Source: the human T2T-CHM13v2.0 reference genome, Homo sapiens
Reading direction: 5' to 3' (one strand)
Assembly: GCF_009914755.1 (NCBI RefSeq)
Contig: NC_060926.1
DNA length: 64,000 bases
Shown: in pieces, positions 1 through 14,652 of the stretch
How the letters are laid out: the number at the start of each line of letters is the position of its first letter
How positions within the stretch are numbered: the first letter of the stretch is position 1
Notes under the pieces: model-generated
The model's database searches: none
What the model was told of the DNA's origin: nothing
Seen by the model: the letters and a program-made list of their open reading frames with translations, nothing else
Made by a program: the position numbers and the translations under genes

Positions 1-305
1 TTGGCGTTTAAAATGTCTGAGGCAAGAGATTTCTGGAAGGCTTTTGACTCACGGAAGAGATCAAACCCAAGGATATGTAACTGAGCGCTTTTGCTTAGCC
101 TCCAACGTGCTAGCTCTGCAAGTCAGCAGCCCTTCCCCCATGGCCAGATTCAGGACAAACAAGCCTTTCCAACCATGAAGTGCTGAGGTTCTCTTACACA
201 GCAATCAGCCACATCCCCTGGTTAGCCTGAGGCTCAGCAGCTCCATGGGAAATAACTTGCACCTGTCTGTAATTGGATCTTTAGACGTATACAGACATGT
301 TTGAT

Positions 306-486
306 CAGAGTTCGATTTCCCATGCAGCTAATGAAGCTTAAGCCGCAGGGCCCCCTCTCTTGCACAAGTTCCTTCCAAGTCCCTGAACCTAATTGTGTAT
401 TTATAAGCCTGTATTCTTGTTCTTAAAGGAGCCCTCCCAATAGTTGGGTAGGCTTTTAAGGCCCACCATACCTGAACCCTCCCCTG
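306..486 (+). mobile_element. hAT-Tip100 MITE (MER69A/Arthur1-like)
   Basis: Degenerate TIRs (cagagttcgattt...aaccctcccctg); internal 'gctaatgaagcttaagc..cagggcccc' resembles MER69A. Confidence 0.55.
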
Positions 487-849
487 TGCCTGAGGGACAC
501 TAGGAGCAGGAGGGGTGATGATGGAACTTTCCTCCCAGGAAAGGACAATGAGGCCACTGAGAGTCTAACAGTGAAAGACGTTTTGCTAGACAGCATGGTA
601 AACTGTGTGTTAGAGAGAACCTGGCGTGGAGCCACCATCACCCTATGATCCTCTACCCCCACTCCCCAACCCTCATGTGTCTCAGGAGAGAACCAGGAGT
701 TAAAATTGAAGGAACCATCACACTAAGGACTCTCAAATAGTTCTGATTAGTTGTGAACTTTTCTCTTTTTCCCTTTTGGAAATTGGAGAGACCTGGCCAT
801 TTGGCAGGTGGAGGTATTAGCTGGCAGAGTCAGGGAAAACTCGCTAAAC

Positions 850-1035
850 CAGTGGTTCTCAAGGTGTCATCCCCAGACCAGCTGTAGCAGCAACACCTGG
901 GAACCTGTTAGAAGTGCAAATTAGCAGGCCAAATCCCAGACCTGTGGAATCAGGAATTCTGGGTTGAGGTCCAACAATCTGTTTAAACAAGGCATCCAAG
1001 TGATTCTGATACAGGCTCAAGATTGAAGACTGTTG
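850..1035 (+). mobile_element. MER5A (hAT-Charlie)
   Basis: cagtggttctcaa...cacctgggaacctgttagaagtgcaaatt...gtgattctgat follows the MER5A consensus. Confidence 0.85.
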
Positions 1036-1142
1036 CACAGTGATATATGCCAGGAGCTACAAGCTGTTGGGACTCCTCACTTTCTGTTCATTTTGCTCTC
1101 TATGCAGGTTAGTAATTTACCATTCAAGGCAGAATTATAAGA

Positions 1143-1343
1143 GACTCAGACAAATTTGAACTTAAATCCCATCCCTGCCTTTACTAGCTATATGATGCTG
1201 AGCAAATGACTTTTCTGGCCTCAGATTCCTAATCTGTAAAAATGGGGATTATGATATAAATTTGGGGAGATTAAGCATATAGGTTTGTGAAGCATATAGA
1301 CTAGTGTCTGGGACATAGGAGACTGTCAAAAGTAGCTATTAGT
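1143..1343 (+). mobile_element. MIR SINE
   Basis: Core 'gcctcagattcctaatctgtaaaatgggga' and MIR 3' end. Confidence 0.75.
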
Positions 1344-1569
1344 GAGCACTCACTCTTTTCAAAACACCACATTAGGCACGAAGATCCTTGATCCATTGAT
1401 ACCTCCACTTCATTCCACAAAATACTTAAGGAGGTGTGCAAGAATGCCTTCTATGAATTAAAACTGGAACTAGGAGGGAGTAAACTGTTGGGCTTTCCAG
1501 GGTTCTATCTCCTTTGCTGCATAGGTGAATGCACCTGGTATCCTGCCGTTCAACACCATCTATACACTT

Positions 1570-3046
1570 TCAGGTCCCCACTTCATGTCACCAGCCAGAC
1601 CTCGCTGTCTCTATTGCTGTTTCCACTCAGGTGTATAATGAGGTGTCTTAAACTCACATGAACTCCACATCTTCCCATGCAAACATGCTTCACCCACAGC
1701 CTTTCCTATCTCCAGGGCAACTCCAACCATCCAGTTGCACAGGCCAAAAACCTGGGAGTCATTCTTTACTCTCTCCACATGTACCCAAATCTAACTGCTT
1801 CTCACCACCTGCACTACTCCACTCTGGTATGAGCCCTGTCATCCGCTGCCTGGATTTCTGCAAGAGCTTCCTAACAGGTTTCCCTGTTTCCACCTGTAAA
1901 AGAAAATTTTCCACTTACAACACTTGCATAGTAGATATCAAAACGGAATGCTATGCTCTACCACAACTGGTTCTAACCAACTGAAGCAGATCAAGGACTG
2001 TGAACTTTGAGTGACCCCATACCAGACCCTTGTTAGACCTAACCAAAGACTCCTTTCTGACCAGTTAACAAAGGGACATGTTTTATCAACACTATTCCAA
2101 CCTATCCAGAGCACTACTTTCCAGCCCTTAATCCGCATAACCTCCAAACTCCCTTCTCTCTTTCTCACACTTAAAAAACCCTGACTTTTCCTAATTCATG
2201 AGTTACTCAGTGAACTTTTTCACTGGTGTGTTTACATCCACCCCTGGCAGTATATAAACTCATCTTTGATTTTTTTTTTTTTTTTGAGTTTTGTTGGGCT
2301 TTGCTTTATATTTTGACATAAATTTGTACTTTTATAGTCTATTGTCAACCTGACAGCCAGCATGATCCATTTAAAACATAAGACATGTCACGTCTCTCAA
2401 TGTTCACATCCTGCAGTGGCCTGCTTAATGTTTTTAAAAGCAGTTGGGGAAAGTGAAATTTTAATTTTTAGAGACTGTATATTAAAAAAAGCAATAACAG
2501 GGAATATTTGAATACCCATCTCAGGGTAAAAGCTTCCTTGATCTGGCTTGCCCCGGTCTTTCCATTCCTCCTGGATTCCTCCAGGCTCGGTCTGTTTCAG
2601 CTGAAATGACCACCATTTTGTTCCTGGAACATATCAGGAATGCTTCTACTCCAGGGTCTATCCTCTAGCCCTCCACCTGAAGTGCTTTCTCCCCACCCCC
2701 TTCTCCCTGGTTCTCTGCTGGGCTCACTGTCATACTTCCTCTCAGTCTTGGCTCAGTTATGATTTTCTTGGCGAAGCATACCCTGATCACCACTGTTAAT
2801 ACTGCAGCTTATTACACCTACCCTCAAGACCCAATCCTCCTTACCTTGCACTCATTTTCCCCCCATAACACTTATCACTTTCTATAATACTATATACTTT
2901 ACTTACTCATTAAATGTATTGTTATTACCAATCTTTCCCCCCATTCGTTTTGCTCACTGATGAATTCCGAGCTTCTACAATATTGGCACATATTGGGCAC
3001 TCAATAACACTTATTACATGAATGGATAGATGAATGGATGAATGAA
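1570..3046 (+). mobile_element. L2 3' region, interrupted by an LTR and an ~89 bp insert
   Basis: 'ccaaaaacctgggagtcatt', 'cagccagcatgatccatttaaaacat', terminal 'ctcaataa..tgaatggatgaatgaa'. Confidence 0.75.
1895..2318 (+). mobile_element. ERV1-like solo LTR (family not assigned) inserted in L2
   Basis: TG...CA ends (tgtaaaag...ttttgaca); L2 sequence resumes on both sides. Confidence 0.55.
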
Positions 3047-4617
3047 CAGAACTAAAAGATAAAGATCACGAAGACATAGTCCTTCTCCTCCAGGGAGCTT
3101 CAAATCTGGTAAATAAGAGACATATACAAAATATGGTAGAATAGGAAGAAATGAATCAAAGGAGGAAAGAGGAGGAGTATTAAATGAAGGCAACTCTGGG
3201 TTCTACTCATTTCTTTATTTACCCAGCCTTTTCAAGTTCTTTAACTGATTTTTCTTTATTTTCAGTTCTCTGTCTCTTTCATCTAGTCTGAAGCCCACAG
3301 CAGTCAAGCGAGTAAGAAGGAATATGGCATCTTGTCTGTCTTATTCAGGATGAAGAGTAACCTGCTTATTTTGTCTCCTGTGTCCCTTATTCCTTGGGAG
3401 GTTTCCCTGGGTGTTATTCTTAAAAAAAGTCAGCTCACGAAGCCTAAGGTTTAAGTCTGTTCAACTTAGTAGTAAATTATGGTAACCTAGGGTAGGGCAA
3501 ATAGACCTCAGTCAAGTTCATGCAGCAGGATGAGGGTAGTAGCTTCTGAGCATGTGGGCCGAGCTCTGTATCAGTGTGGATCCCATATTTGAAGATCCTT
3601 ATTCATATATTCCTCAGGAAAACTAGATTCCTTTGCAATTTCTAAATCTACATGAACTAAGATCTCATCAATGACCACTACCACAACACATACATACCTT
3701 TACTAATAAACATACTGGATTTAGATGTGAGAATTAATGATGGGTTTGTTCAATATTTTCCTTCCAAGCTGACTGACACAGTTTATAAGCTTATATTTAT
3801 TTTTCTGGCATTCTTTAGAAATGTTTTTTGGGACAAACAGCCAAGTTTAACATGAATCAAAATCTTGGCCTGCCCTTTCAACTCCTCCACAATAGGCTCC
3901 AGCGCCACTCTGATTTTTTCTCTCCTGCAACATTTAATTATTAATCTTGTGACTTTTGAAAAATGTCATGTGGTTTGGTAGTCTTTCAATTAAAAGGAGG
4001 GAAATAATACCCTAGTATTTTTCTTGTTCCTTCCACCTCCCCTTACCATTGTCCTCTCTAGTACTGATGAGTACTTTAAAGTTGATTTTTAGGCTGCCCT
4101 GAGTTTCTGAATGTTCCTAAACACCATTATTAAAGAAGCCTGCCTCACCCGTCATTCAACTGTACTTAATATTGCATTGCTTGGTGGAAACTAACAGCCA
4201 TGGAAAGCCATTCAGGGGAAAAAAAGGCCATTGAACAATGTATTGAGGGATGTTTGTGTTTCTCCCTCTCCCTATTATTTAATTGCTTGTAACTGTAAAA
4301 TTCCCAGCAATAGTAAGTAAAGGCAAAGATCAACATATTCAAGATGCAGATAAATACCAGAAACAATGAAAAAATTAAAACAGTAAAATAATGACAATTG
4401 CAGAGACAAATATAAGGTAGGAGAGACACAATTCTCTCTGCCAAGTCTGGTGTGAGTTCCCTAAATGAAGAATCGAGAATTGGCCATTTTGCATGGCCTC
4501 TGCAGGGTGGTCTGAGGGCAGGCATCACAGCTAGCGCACACACGTACCTGTGCAGTGTTTTCCAGAAGGTAAATTCTACTTCCTTTAAATGTTATTACTT
4601 TAATTTCTGGTACTTTA

Positions 4618-5006
<389 letters not shown>

Positions 5007-5167
5007 TCAGAAGTCTTTATGACCATGAATTAACAAGTGTTTGAATTATTCTTAAAAATGTTAGCAAAGAAATAGTCTGTGCAAAATCTCAAGGGGAATA
5101 ATTTTGTTTCACCTTTAGTCTACATTACGGTGAGCATCTGTATTCAGTCCTAAAGTTTTTAAAACTA

Positions 5168-5370
5168 ATTTTTTAAATTAACAAACAATAATTGTATATA
5201 TTTATTGTATACATGATGTTTTGAAATATGTATATGTTGTGGAATGGCTAAATTGAGCTAATTAACATATGCATTACCTCTAATACATTCTTATTTGTGG
5301 TGAGAACACTGAAAATCTACTCTCTTTGCAATTTTCAATAATACAATACATTAACAATGGTTACCATGCA
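5168..5370 (-). mobile_element. L1MA 3' end fragment
   Basis: 'tgtggaatggctaaattgagctaattaacatatgcattacctc' L1MA 3' UTR. Confidence 0.75.
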
Positions 5371-5624
5371 CTGTCATAAAAGTTTGATGCTTCGAAGCCC
5401 TTTCATAGTTTATGCAGGCAAGGAAATATTAATAGCAGAGTCTTTGATCTCCATAAAATATGTGTTCTATCACACTGGAAAATATGATTGCCAGTAAGAG
5501 AACTGCTCTTTTTGGTGGAGTAAATATGATTTTCATTTTGACAATGTAATTTTGCTTCTTGTGAATCATCTTACACCAAAATAGCCATAGGATTTTAGAA
5601 CAAGAAATGGATCTTAAATATTTA

Positions 5625-5930
5625 TTTGAGTCTGGCTTTGGAAGTATCTCCTCCACTTCCAGCTATGGTTTGACAAATTACTCAGCCTGTCTAAACTTCA
5701 GTTTCCACAGTTTCACGTTTTTAAAAAAGGGTAAAAATAACTACTGAAGATTAGTTGTAAGAATTGAATAAACTAAAGTACCATGGAATTACCTAGCAAA
5801 TGGCAGATATTCAACAATGTCACTGTTATAATAATAATCATTATTATAAAAAAGAAAACTGAGGCCCAGAAATGAAGAAACCTATCCAAGACCATGGCAG
5901 GGCAGAGACATGACTTCCAGGCCAGGGTCT
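5625..5930. mobile_element. Two MIR fragments (+ then -)
   Basis: 'cttcagtttcc' core and 'gaaaactgaggcccaga'. Confidence 0.55.
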
Positions 5931-6209
5931 CGTCTTTTGTTTCGTCTTCGGGTCCATTTAATTAAAGTTGTATATATCTTTGGTGTTTTATATGGCAGGC
6001 CACTCTTATAATTATTGTTTTAATCTCATAATAATGTCGAAGACTACAGAATTAAAATTCTACTCCTCTAGTAAAATGATAGCATGGATCAATATAGTAA
6101 TATCATAAGAGGTGAATGAAATGATTCCTCAAGAGGACTGACATTAAAAGGTTATTAGCCTTAGCTTGAACTTCCCTGAAATCACAAGCTTAAGCCTAGC
6201 CACTTTCTA

Positions 6210-6558
6210 TAAGTCAGGGTAGGCCAAGTTATGCTGTGATGATAAAGAACCCCCAAATCTCAATAGCTTAAAACAGCAATTTGTTTTTTTCTCTCCCACA
6301 ACATGTTGATCCAGGATCCTGGCTAGTGGAGTAATTTGGGTCACTTGTAGCAGAAAGAAAAGAGGGTTATGGAGGGTCTCCTAATGTCGATTTAAATTTT
6401 CTGGTAAGAACTGACGTTTCATCACTTCCACTCACACTCATTGGCCAGAACAAGTCATATGACCACACAAACTTCAAGGTACCAGGGAAGTTCAATCCTC
6501 CCATTGGCTGGAGATAAATAAGTGGGCCCATCAGTGAACAGCCCTAGTGACTACCATA
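6210..6558 (-). mobile_element. MLT1J/K-type MaLR LTR
   Basis: 'aacccccaaatctcaatagcttaaaacagc', 'cattggccagaacaagtcatatg'. Confidence 0.65.
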
Positions 6559-6833
6559 GGCTTTGACATATTTTCTTTTCTTCTTAGACAAATAAAAAAC
6601 AGCAGCCTGAGAAAGGATGATGGAAACTATTTTCATTTTCTCATGAATTATCAAGTTCTAAAGAGCAGATTTAATTTTTTGTCATTTATACATTTTTGTT
6701 TGTTGGCTTTATACATTTTTGTTGTAGTCACCAGTGAAATATGAATGTTTTTAAAAGCAGTTGGGGAAATTGAAATTTTAATTTTTAGTCTATGTATTAA
6801 GAAAAGCAGTAACAGGGAATATTTGAATACTGA

Positions 6834-7040
6834 TTTTTTTCCTTCCTTCCTTCCTTCCTCCCTCCCTCTGATCTTCCCTCCCTCCCTCCTTTCCCTCCCT
6901 CCCTCCTCCTCCTCCTCTCCCTTCCTTTTTTCCTTCCTACCTCCCCTTCCTTCCTTCCTTTCTTCCTTCCTTCCCTCCCTTCCTTTCCTTCCTTCCCTTC
7001 CTTCCCTCCCTTCCTTTCCTTCCTTTCCTTCCTTCCTTTC
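6834..7040. repeat. (CCTT/CT)n polypyrimidine tract, expanded Alu tail
   Basis: ~200 bp near-pure C/T abutting AluJ. Confidence 0.9.
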
Positions 7041-7343
7041 GTAGAGTCTTGCTCTGTCACTCAGGCTGGAGTGCAGTGGCATGATCTTGGTTCACTGTAG
7101 CCTTGAGCTCCTGGACTCAAGCAATCCTTCCACTTCCGCATCTTGAGTAGCTGGGACTACAGACATGCACCACCAAGCCCAGCTAAATTTGTGTGTTGGG
7201 TGGGGGATGGGTCGTAGGGGTATTGGGAGGGGTGCGTCTCGCTTTCTTGCCCAGATGGGTCTCAAACTCCTGACCTCAAGTGATTCTCCTGTCTCAGTCT
7301 CCCAAAGTGCTGGGAATACAGGCGTGAGCCACAAAGCACAGCC
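7041..7343 (-). mobile_element. AluJ
   Basis: J-type diagnostics (cactgtagccttgagctcctggactcaagcaatcc). Confidence 0.9.
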
Positions 7344-7349
7344 TCTACT

Positions 7350-7680
7350 ATACTTCTGATGAGAATTTATTAATCATCTTAGACGTAATAATGGCTATTT
7401 TGGATTTTGTAGAGGTTTTTAAAGATTTTTTAAATTCGTTTTATCTTTCAGAAATATATACTGAAGTATGAATCAAATGATATAATGATATTTATTTCTA
7501 AATAATCTGCAGGGTGGGTGGGGACAGTGGGCGGGGCTATAGAAGAAAGAGGATCAGCCATGAGTTGGTGATTATTGAAGCTGGGTAATCAACGCGTGGA
7601 AGTTCATTATGTTAGTCTGTCTAGTCCCTCTACTTTAGGTACGCTTGGAACTTTCCATAATAAAAAGTTCAAAAAGACAA
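7350..7680 (+). mobile_element. L1MC/L1ME 3' end
   Basis: 'ttgaagctgggtaat...gttcattat...ttccataataaaaag'. Confidence 0.7.
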
Positions 7681-8646
7681 AAGAAGCAATGATAGGCCTA
7701 CAGCTACTTCAGATCTAGATGAAGCTCCACTAGAGATGGCTAGCAAGGATCTTAGCCCGTTGCTGGTGCAGGTGGGGCCTGCCTGAGGGTGCATCAGGCC
7801 CTAGGAAATATTTCCTCCACAGAATTTTCACTGTTGCCAAACGTCTGAATCAACCAATCTTAGCCTGCAGTGGCAGCCAATGGTGCCCATGCTTTGCAGC
7901 ATCTACTGGGACCTCAGGACCACCTGCTCTTGTCCTCTAAAGAGGCAGTACCCAGGAGCCTCCTGAGGCCATGATTGCTTGCACAGGTTAGCACAGAAGG
8001 CTTGAGTCCAGCTCTGAGCTAATTTCCTCTTCTCTGGTTAGTCTGAGACCCTGGTAGGACACTAAAGTTCGTTTGTTCACTAACATGATACGCACAGACT
8101 TTTGATGTCTCTGAGGCAGGCAGAAGCATGTGAGGCATTAGCCTGAGCCAAACACAGGCCTAGGATATGACCTGAGAGCTGCTGCAGATGCACCTCCCTG
8201 CCTCCTGAGGCCCCTGCTTTCATCACAGCTCCTTTCCCTTGAGCAGCCTGCTCTCAGCTCTAGCTGCTGCCAATCCCTTCCCATCAGAGATGCAGGCTGT
8301 AAGCATCACCAGGGTGAAGTCTGGTGCATCACCCGTTTGTTCTCCCTCTGAGAGCGCAGCTCCCCTGCCCACAGCGGTGGACCTCTGGCACACAGGCTTG
8401 TTCTTCATGGTCTTGCCTTCCCTGCCATAGTTAATTGGCCATGGACTCCTTTCCCACATTGGCCCAACCAGATTCTCTTGAACGTTTTCTCCAAGAAATA
8501 TGGATGTTGAAGATGAGTCTGAATTATGTAAAATGTGAAGCTTACATGACTGTCTATGAACTTTTGCTACAGAGGTACCCTTAGCCCCACCCTGCCAAGA
8601 ACTGGTTGCTCAGCATTTCCATGGATGCCATTGAAACTGGACTTTA

Positions 8647-8910
8647 TGTATACAAAGTTACATACATATATAGTTTCGTAGTTACATATATGTATAAATA
8701 GATATATAGTTACATATGTATGAAACTATATATGTAGTTCCAATGACATATATATACACGTATATATATACGTATACATGTACACGTATACATATATATG
8801 TATATATACGTATACAAGTATACGTATATGTGTACGTATGTATACGTATATGTGTACGTATATATACATATATACATATATATATCTCATATATATATAT
8901 TTCATATATG
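8647..8910. repeat. (TA/TATG/TACG)n alternating purine-pyrimidine microsatellite
   Basis: Directly visible. Confidence 0.9.
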
Positions 8911-9111
8911 AGATTGAGGTTGCTTTCTTTGCCAAGTGACTAGAAGGGTGTGGTGGGAAACCTCTAAGACAGCGCCGATTATCTCTACATTCTTCTGTAA
9001 ACACCCCCACCCCTTGTGTGGGCCAAAGCTAATAACGTTTCTGTTGAATTAAACATGGCTAAAGTGGTGTGTTTTTACTTCAAGTTTAGTTTTAAAAAAA
9101 ATCTCTGTGTC

Positions 9112-9392
9112 AGCCTGATGTGGTGGCTCATGCCTGTAATCCCAGCACTTTGGGAAGCCGAGGCAGGTGGATCACCTGAGGTCAGGAGTTGGAGACAAGC
9201 CTGGCCAACATGGCGAAACCTCATCTCTACTAAAAATACAAAAATTAGCCTGGCGTGGTGGCGGGTGCTTGTAATCCCAGCTACTTGGGAGGCTGAGGCA
9301 GGAGAATTGCTCGAACCCAGGAGGCGAAGGTTGAAGTAAGCCGAGATTTCACCACTGAACTCCAGCTTGGGCGACAAGAGCAAAACTCCATC
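9112..9392 (+). mobile_element. AluS lacking poly(A) tail
   Basis: Alu body ends at 'aaaactccatc' with no A tail or TSD. Confidence 0.9.
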
Positions 9393-10097
9393 ACTGAGCC
9401 CCTGTTACATGCCAGGAGATGCAATAGCACAGGAGATACAGTGCTGAGCAAAACAGCACAGTCGCTGGCCCTGCAGACTCCACCACTATTCAGCAGGACA
9501 CTTCCTTGGAAGGTGAGAAAAACGAACTCAGACCAGATTGGCCAGAAAGGTAGACATTATCATGAGGAAAAGGAAGTGTGCCGTGGAGACCTGAGAAGGG
9601 GGCTGTGGCTGGGTCCCAGAAAAGGATAACACTTGGAAGAGGAAAGTCTCTGAGGACACTTTTTATCTATGTGCCTCTCATCAGCTTCAGTCCTGTCCCT
9701 GAAGATGGGTGTTCCTGTTACTCCATCCCCATGGCATAAAACATGTCAGCTGCAGTCTGCACAGAACGGACAGAACCAGAATTTCAGACTCATTTTCAGT
9801 TGCAGGAAGTAGAGGCCGGGCCCACCAACTGTGTTTGGGAGGGGGTGGGGCCAAGGGTGCAGTATTCCAGTGCACCCACAGTCCTGGGTGCTCTTCTATT
9901 CCTGTAGGTAACAAGGGCAGTGAGAGGATCACTGTGAGCTTGGCTGATTCCCCCACATGTTATACCCACCAGGCCTAAGTCTCACGCGTAGGAATCTGAA
10001 AGTCTTTGCACTGACTGCTGGAGGCTATAAAATCACCAACAGTAACCCATTTTGGGGTTCATCAGAAATTAATGGGAATGCTTATTCCCCCTACCCC

Positions 10098-10392
<295 letters not shown>

Positions 10393-11308
10393 TAGTAGGA
10401 AAGTCTGGAATCAAATACAAATACTAAAAAGCAGGAGAGGGAAATGAACTACATGTCAAATCTTTGCTCAAGTCATCCTCTCTTGAGCTCTGCTCTGGCA
10501 CCATACCCATCAAAGCTCTTGTCATTATCACCTAGCACCCAGGTCTTGGGATGCAGACCATGCAGCTGCCTGAGGCCCAAGAGCAGAAAATGTTTCTCTT
10601 TGATAAATTCTCAAATTTACAATGAAAATATTATTTAATTTTTTTCTCAAGCAATCTCTTCCTATTATAGGAAGGGAGAAGGGGCAGGCAGAGTAAGTGA
10701 AGGAGAGCCAGGTTTTCCAGAGCTGCTGGTGCAGCCCCCCAGGCCTGTGCCCTGTGACTGTCCCTAAGCTGCCTTGCTTGGGGCCAAGAGGATCTTGGCT
10801 CCCCAGCTCTTCCCAGGAGTTCATGGGTCGAGCTGGTCCTTTCCCTGCTCTCGGGTTCACCAGGGCTCCCAGGCCTCTCTGGGGGAATTAATTTCCCCTC
10901 CTTCTCAGGCCCAGGTTTGCATTCCCGGATCACAGTCTTGCCAGACTGTTCTGCCTCCTTGCCTGTGGTCTCTGCAGAGCCAGGTCACCATCCTGTGCTA
11001 TCTCAAATTTGCTTTGTAAATGATTGTTTAAAAATACATTTTCCCACAATTAAGCATAGCAGTTTGCGCAGATTGTTGCTGTACATGCGATATAGTATCT
11101 TCCAGAGCCTAAAATGTAAAATTTCAGAAAAATCTAAACAACTAAAGGTGAACAAAAGGGATGTTACTTTTACTATGGATTTGGGGGACACTTGCAGAAG
11201 GTATGCTGAGCAAAGGCACTCCTTTCTCCCTACAGCCTTCCACAAATGCAGTAGAAACACGTGAGTGTTACATGGACAGTTCAGTCCATGGTGCTGGACA
11301 TTGAGGAT

Positions 11309-11657
11309 TATTTTTTCTAATTTTTTTATTTTTTGAGACAGAGTCTTGCTTATTATTTTATTTTTTGAGACAGAGTCTTGTCGCCCAGGCTGGAGTGCAG
11401 TGGCACAATCTAGCCTCACTGCAACCTCTGCCTCCCAGCTCAAGTGATTCTCCTGCCTCAGCCTCCCCAGGAGCTGAGATTACAGGCAGGCGCCACCATA
11501 CCTGGCTAATTTTTGTATTCTTAATAGAGACGGGGTTGCACCATGTTGGCATGTGCCACCATACCTGGCTAATTTTTGTATTCTTAATAGAGACGGGGTT
11601 GCCCACCTCGGCCTCCCAAAGTGCTGGAATTACAGGCGTGAATCACCACACCTGGCC
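11309..11657 (-). mobile_element. AluS with internal duplication/deletion
   Basis: TSD aggattatttt; 48 bp internal repeat. Confidence 0.9.
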
Positions 11658-12034
11658 AAGGATTATTTTAAAGCTTTTGCTTCCTGATTACTTTTCTATC
11701 TATAGAAGTTTGTATTTTAATGGGGATGTGTGAAAGAAATGCAGATATTTTAGAAGCTGTTTTCTCCCCTTATGTTGAATTGGGATGTTTTATGTGGGCT
11801 ATATTATGAGAAAGTAAGGATTTAGATAAAATACTCAATACATGCATTTGAAAGCTATTTTAAATTAGATTTATTTTCCTTGTCCATTAAAAAGGTAAAG
11901 AGAACATTGCAGAATAATAGAAATTGTTTAATTAAAAAATCTCTTGATTCATAAAAGTTTCACAGCTACTGGCCCTACATCATGGTTAAGGCTTAGGCTC
12001 AAGCCTACAACTGCCTGAGTTGCTTTTTGTTTGG

Positions 12035-12232
12035 TTGGTTTTTAACTTTTTATTTTGAAGTAATTATAGATTCATGCACAGTTGTAAGAAATAAAAACAG
12101 AAATCCTGTGAACCCTTCATTCAGTTTCACCCACGGGTAATATCTTGCATACTACTGAACACTACTGAAACCGGGAAATTGACATTGGAACAATCCACAG
12201 AGCTTTTTCAGATTCCACCAGCTTTAATACAT

Positions 12233-12265
<33 letters not shown>

Positions 12266-12540
12266 TTAATCCTGTGCAACTGTATCACACATAGATTTCG
12301 GTATCACACCACCACCACAATCAAGACCCAGACCTGTTCTATCACCACAGGACTTCTCATCCTACCCTGCTATGGCTTCAGCCACCTCCCTCCCTACCCC
12401 TCTGACCTGGAACCCGTTCTCCATTTTGATAATTTCGTAATTTCAAGAATGTTACACAAGAATGTTATGGAATTAGACAGTATGTGACCTCTTAAGATTG
12501 GCTTTTTTTTCTCCCTCAGCATAATTCCCCTAAGATTTGC
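12035..12540 (-). mobile_element. L1MC/MD 3' end containing (TG)n at ~12236-12262
   Basis: 'ttatagattcatgcacagttgtaagaaat...cccttcattcagtttc'. Confidence 0.75.
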
Positions 12541-12767
12541 CTGAGGTTTAATACTGACTTCCTGCCTCACTGGCTGTGTGCTTTTGGGCAAGTTATTTAA
12601 CATCCCTGTCTCAGTTCCATTCAGACACAGGCCCGCCTGACCATGAAGTCTCATTGTCTACCCTCCACACACCTTCTGCTTCTCACTTGCAGTTGAGAGG
12701 AGGCCTTCCATAAGCCGTATTGTGTGTCTCTGTGGAATCTTGGAACATGATTGCGACCTTGAACTTC

Positions 12768-13059
12768 TATTTTTGTTTAGAGATGAGGTCTTGCTCTGTT
12801 GCTTGGCCTGGAGTGCAGTGGCACAATCAAAGCTTATTGCAGCCTCGCACTCCTGGGCTCAAGGATCCTCCCACCTCAGCCTTCTGAGTAGCTGGGATTA
12901 CACGTGCATGCCACCATGCCCTGATAATTTTAAAATTTTTTTGTAGAGATGGGGTCTTGCAATGTTGCCCATGCTGGTCTGGAGCTCCTGGCCTCAAGTG
13001 ATCCTCCTGCCTTGGCCTCCCAAAGTGTTGGGATGACAGGAGTGAGCCTCTGTGCCTGG
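12768..13059 (-). mobile_element. AluJ
   Basis: Full dimer, J diagnostics. Confidence 0.9.
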
Positions 13060-13454
13060 GGGAGCATGCATTTCTAAACCTTTCCTCGACATTTTCGGAT
13101 CAATGCAGTATAAGGAAAAACATGATTGGGAAATACTCTGGATAGTTTTAGGTATTTAGATTTTGTCAGTCTACTCTTTTGATAAGTAATTCAATATATG
13201 TTTACAGGAACATTGTTTTGAATGGGAGCCCATTTCTAGTGCTACCAGTTTTTATTTTTGGTCAGCTTCCCTTTCATCAGTGGGGATGCATACCCAGCTG
13301 GCAATTACGCCTCTTTTAGAGGTCATTTGATCCAGCCTTACACTGTGACAAGGCTCTGGGTGTACTGCTGAGGGAATAGTTCCCCTACTGTGCCAGTTGG
13401 CTGATTATCTGTGGTTATCCTGTGTATAAAGCATTTTTATAAGTTCACAGACCT

Positions 13455-14220
<766 letters not shown>

Positions 14221-14285
14221 TTCTCCCACTGCTAATGGAGGGAGGAAGGAGCAATCTATACTTGAAGAAGTAGAAGGAGCAGGAA

Positions 14286-14652
<367 letters not shown>

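Noticed and set aside
8050-8640. Possible ancient ERVL-type LTR
   Set aside because: Only short motif similarity; boundaries not definable by eye
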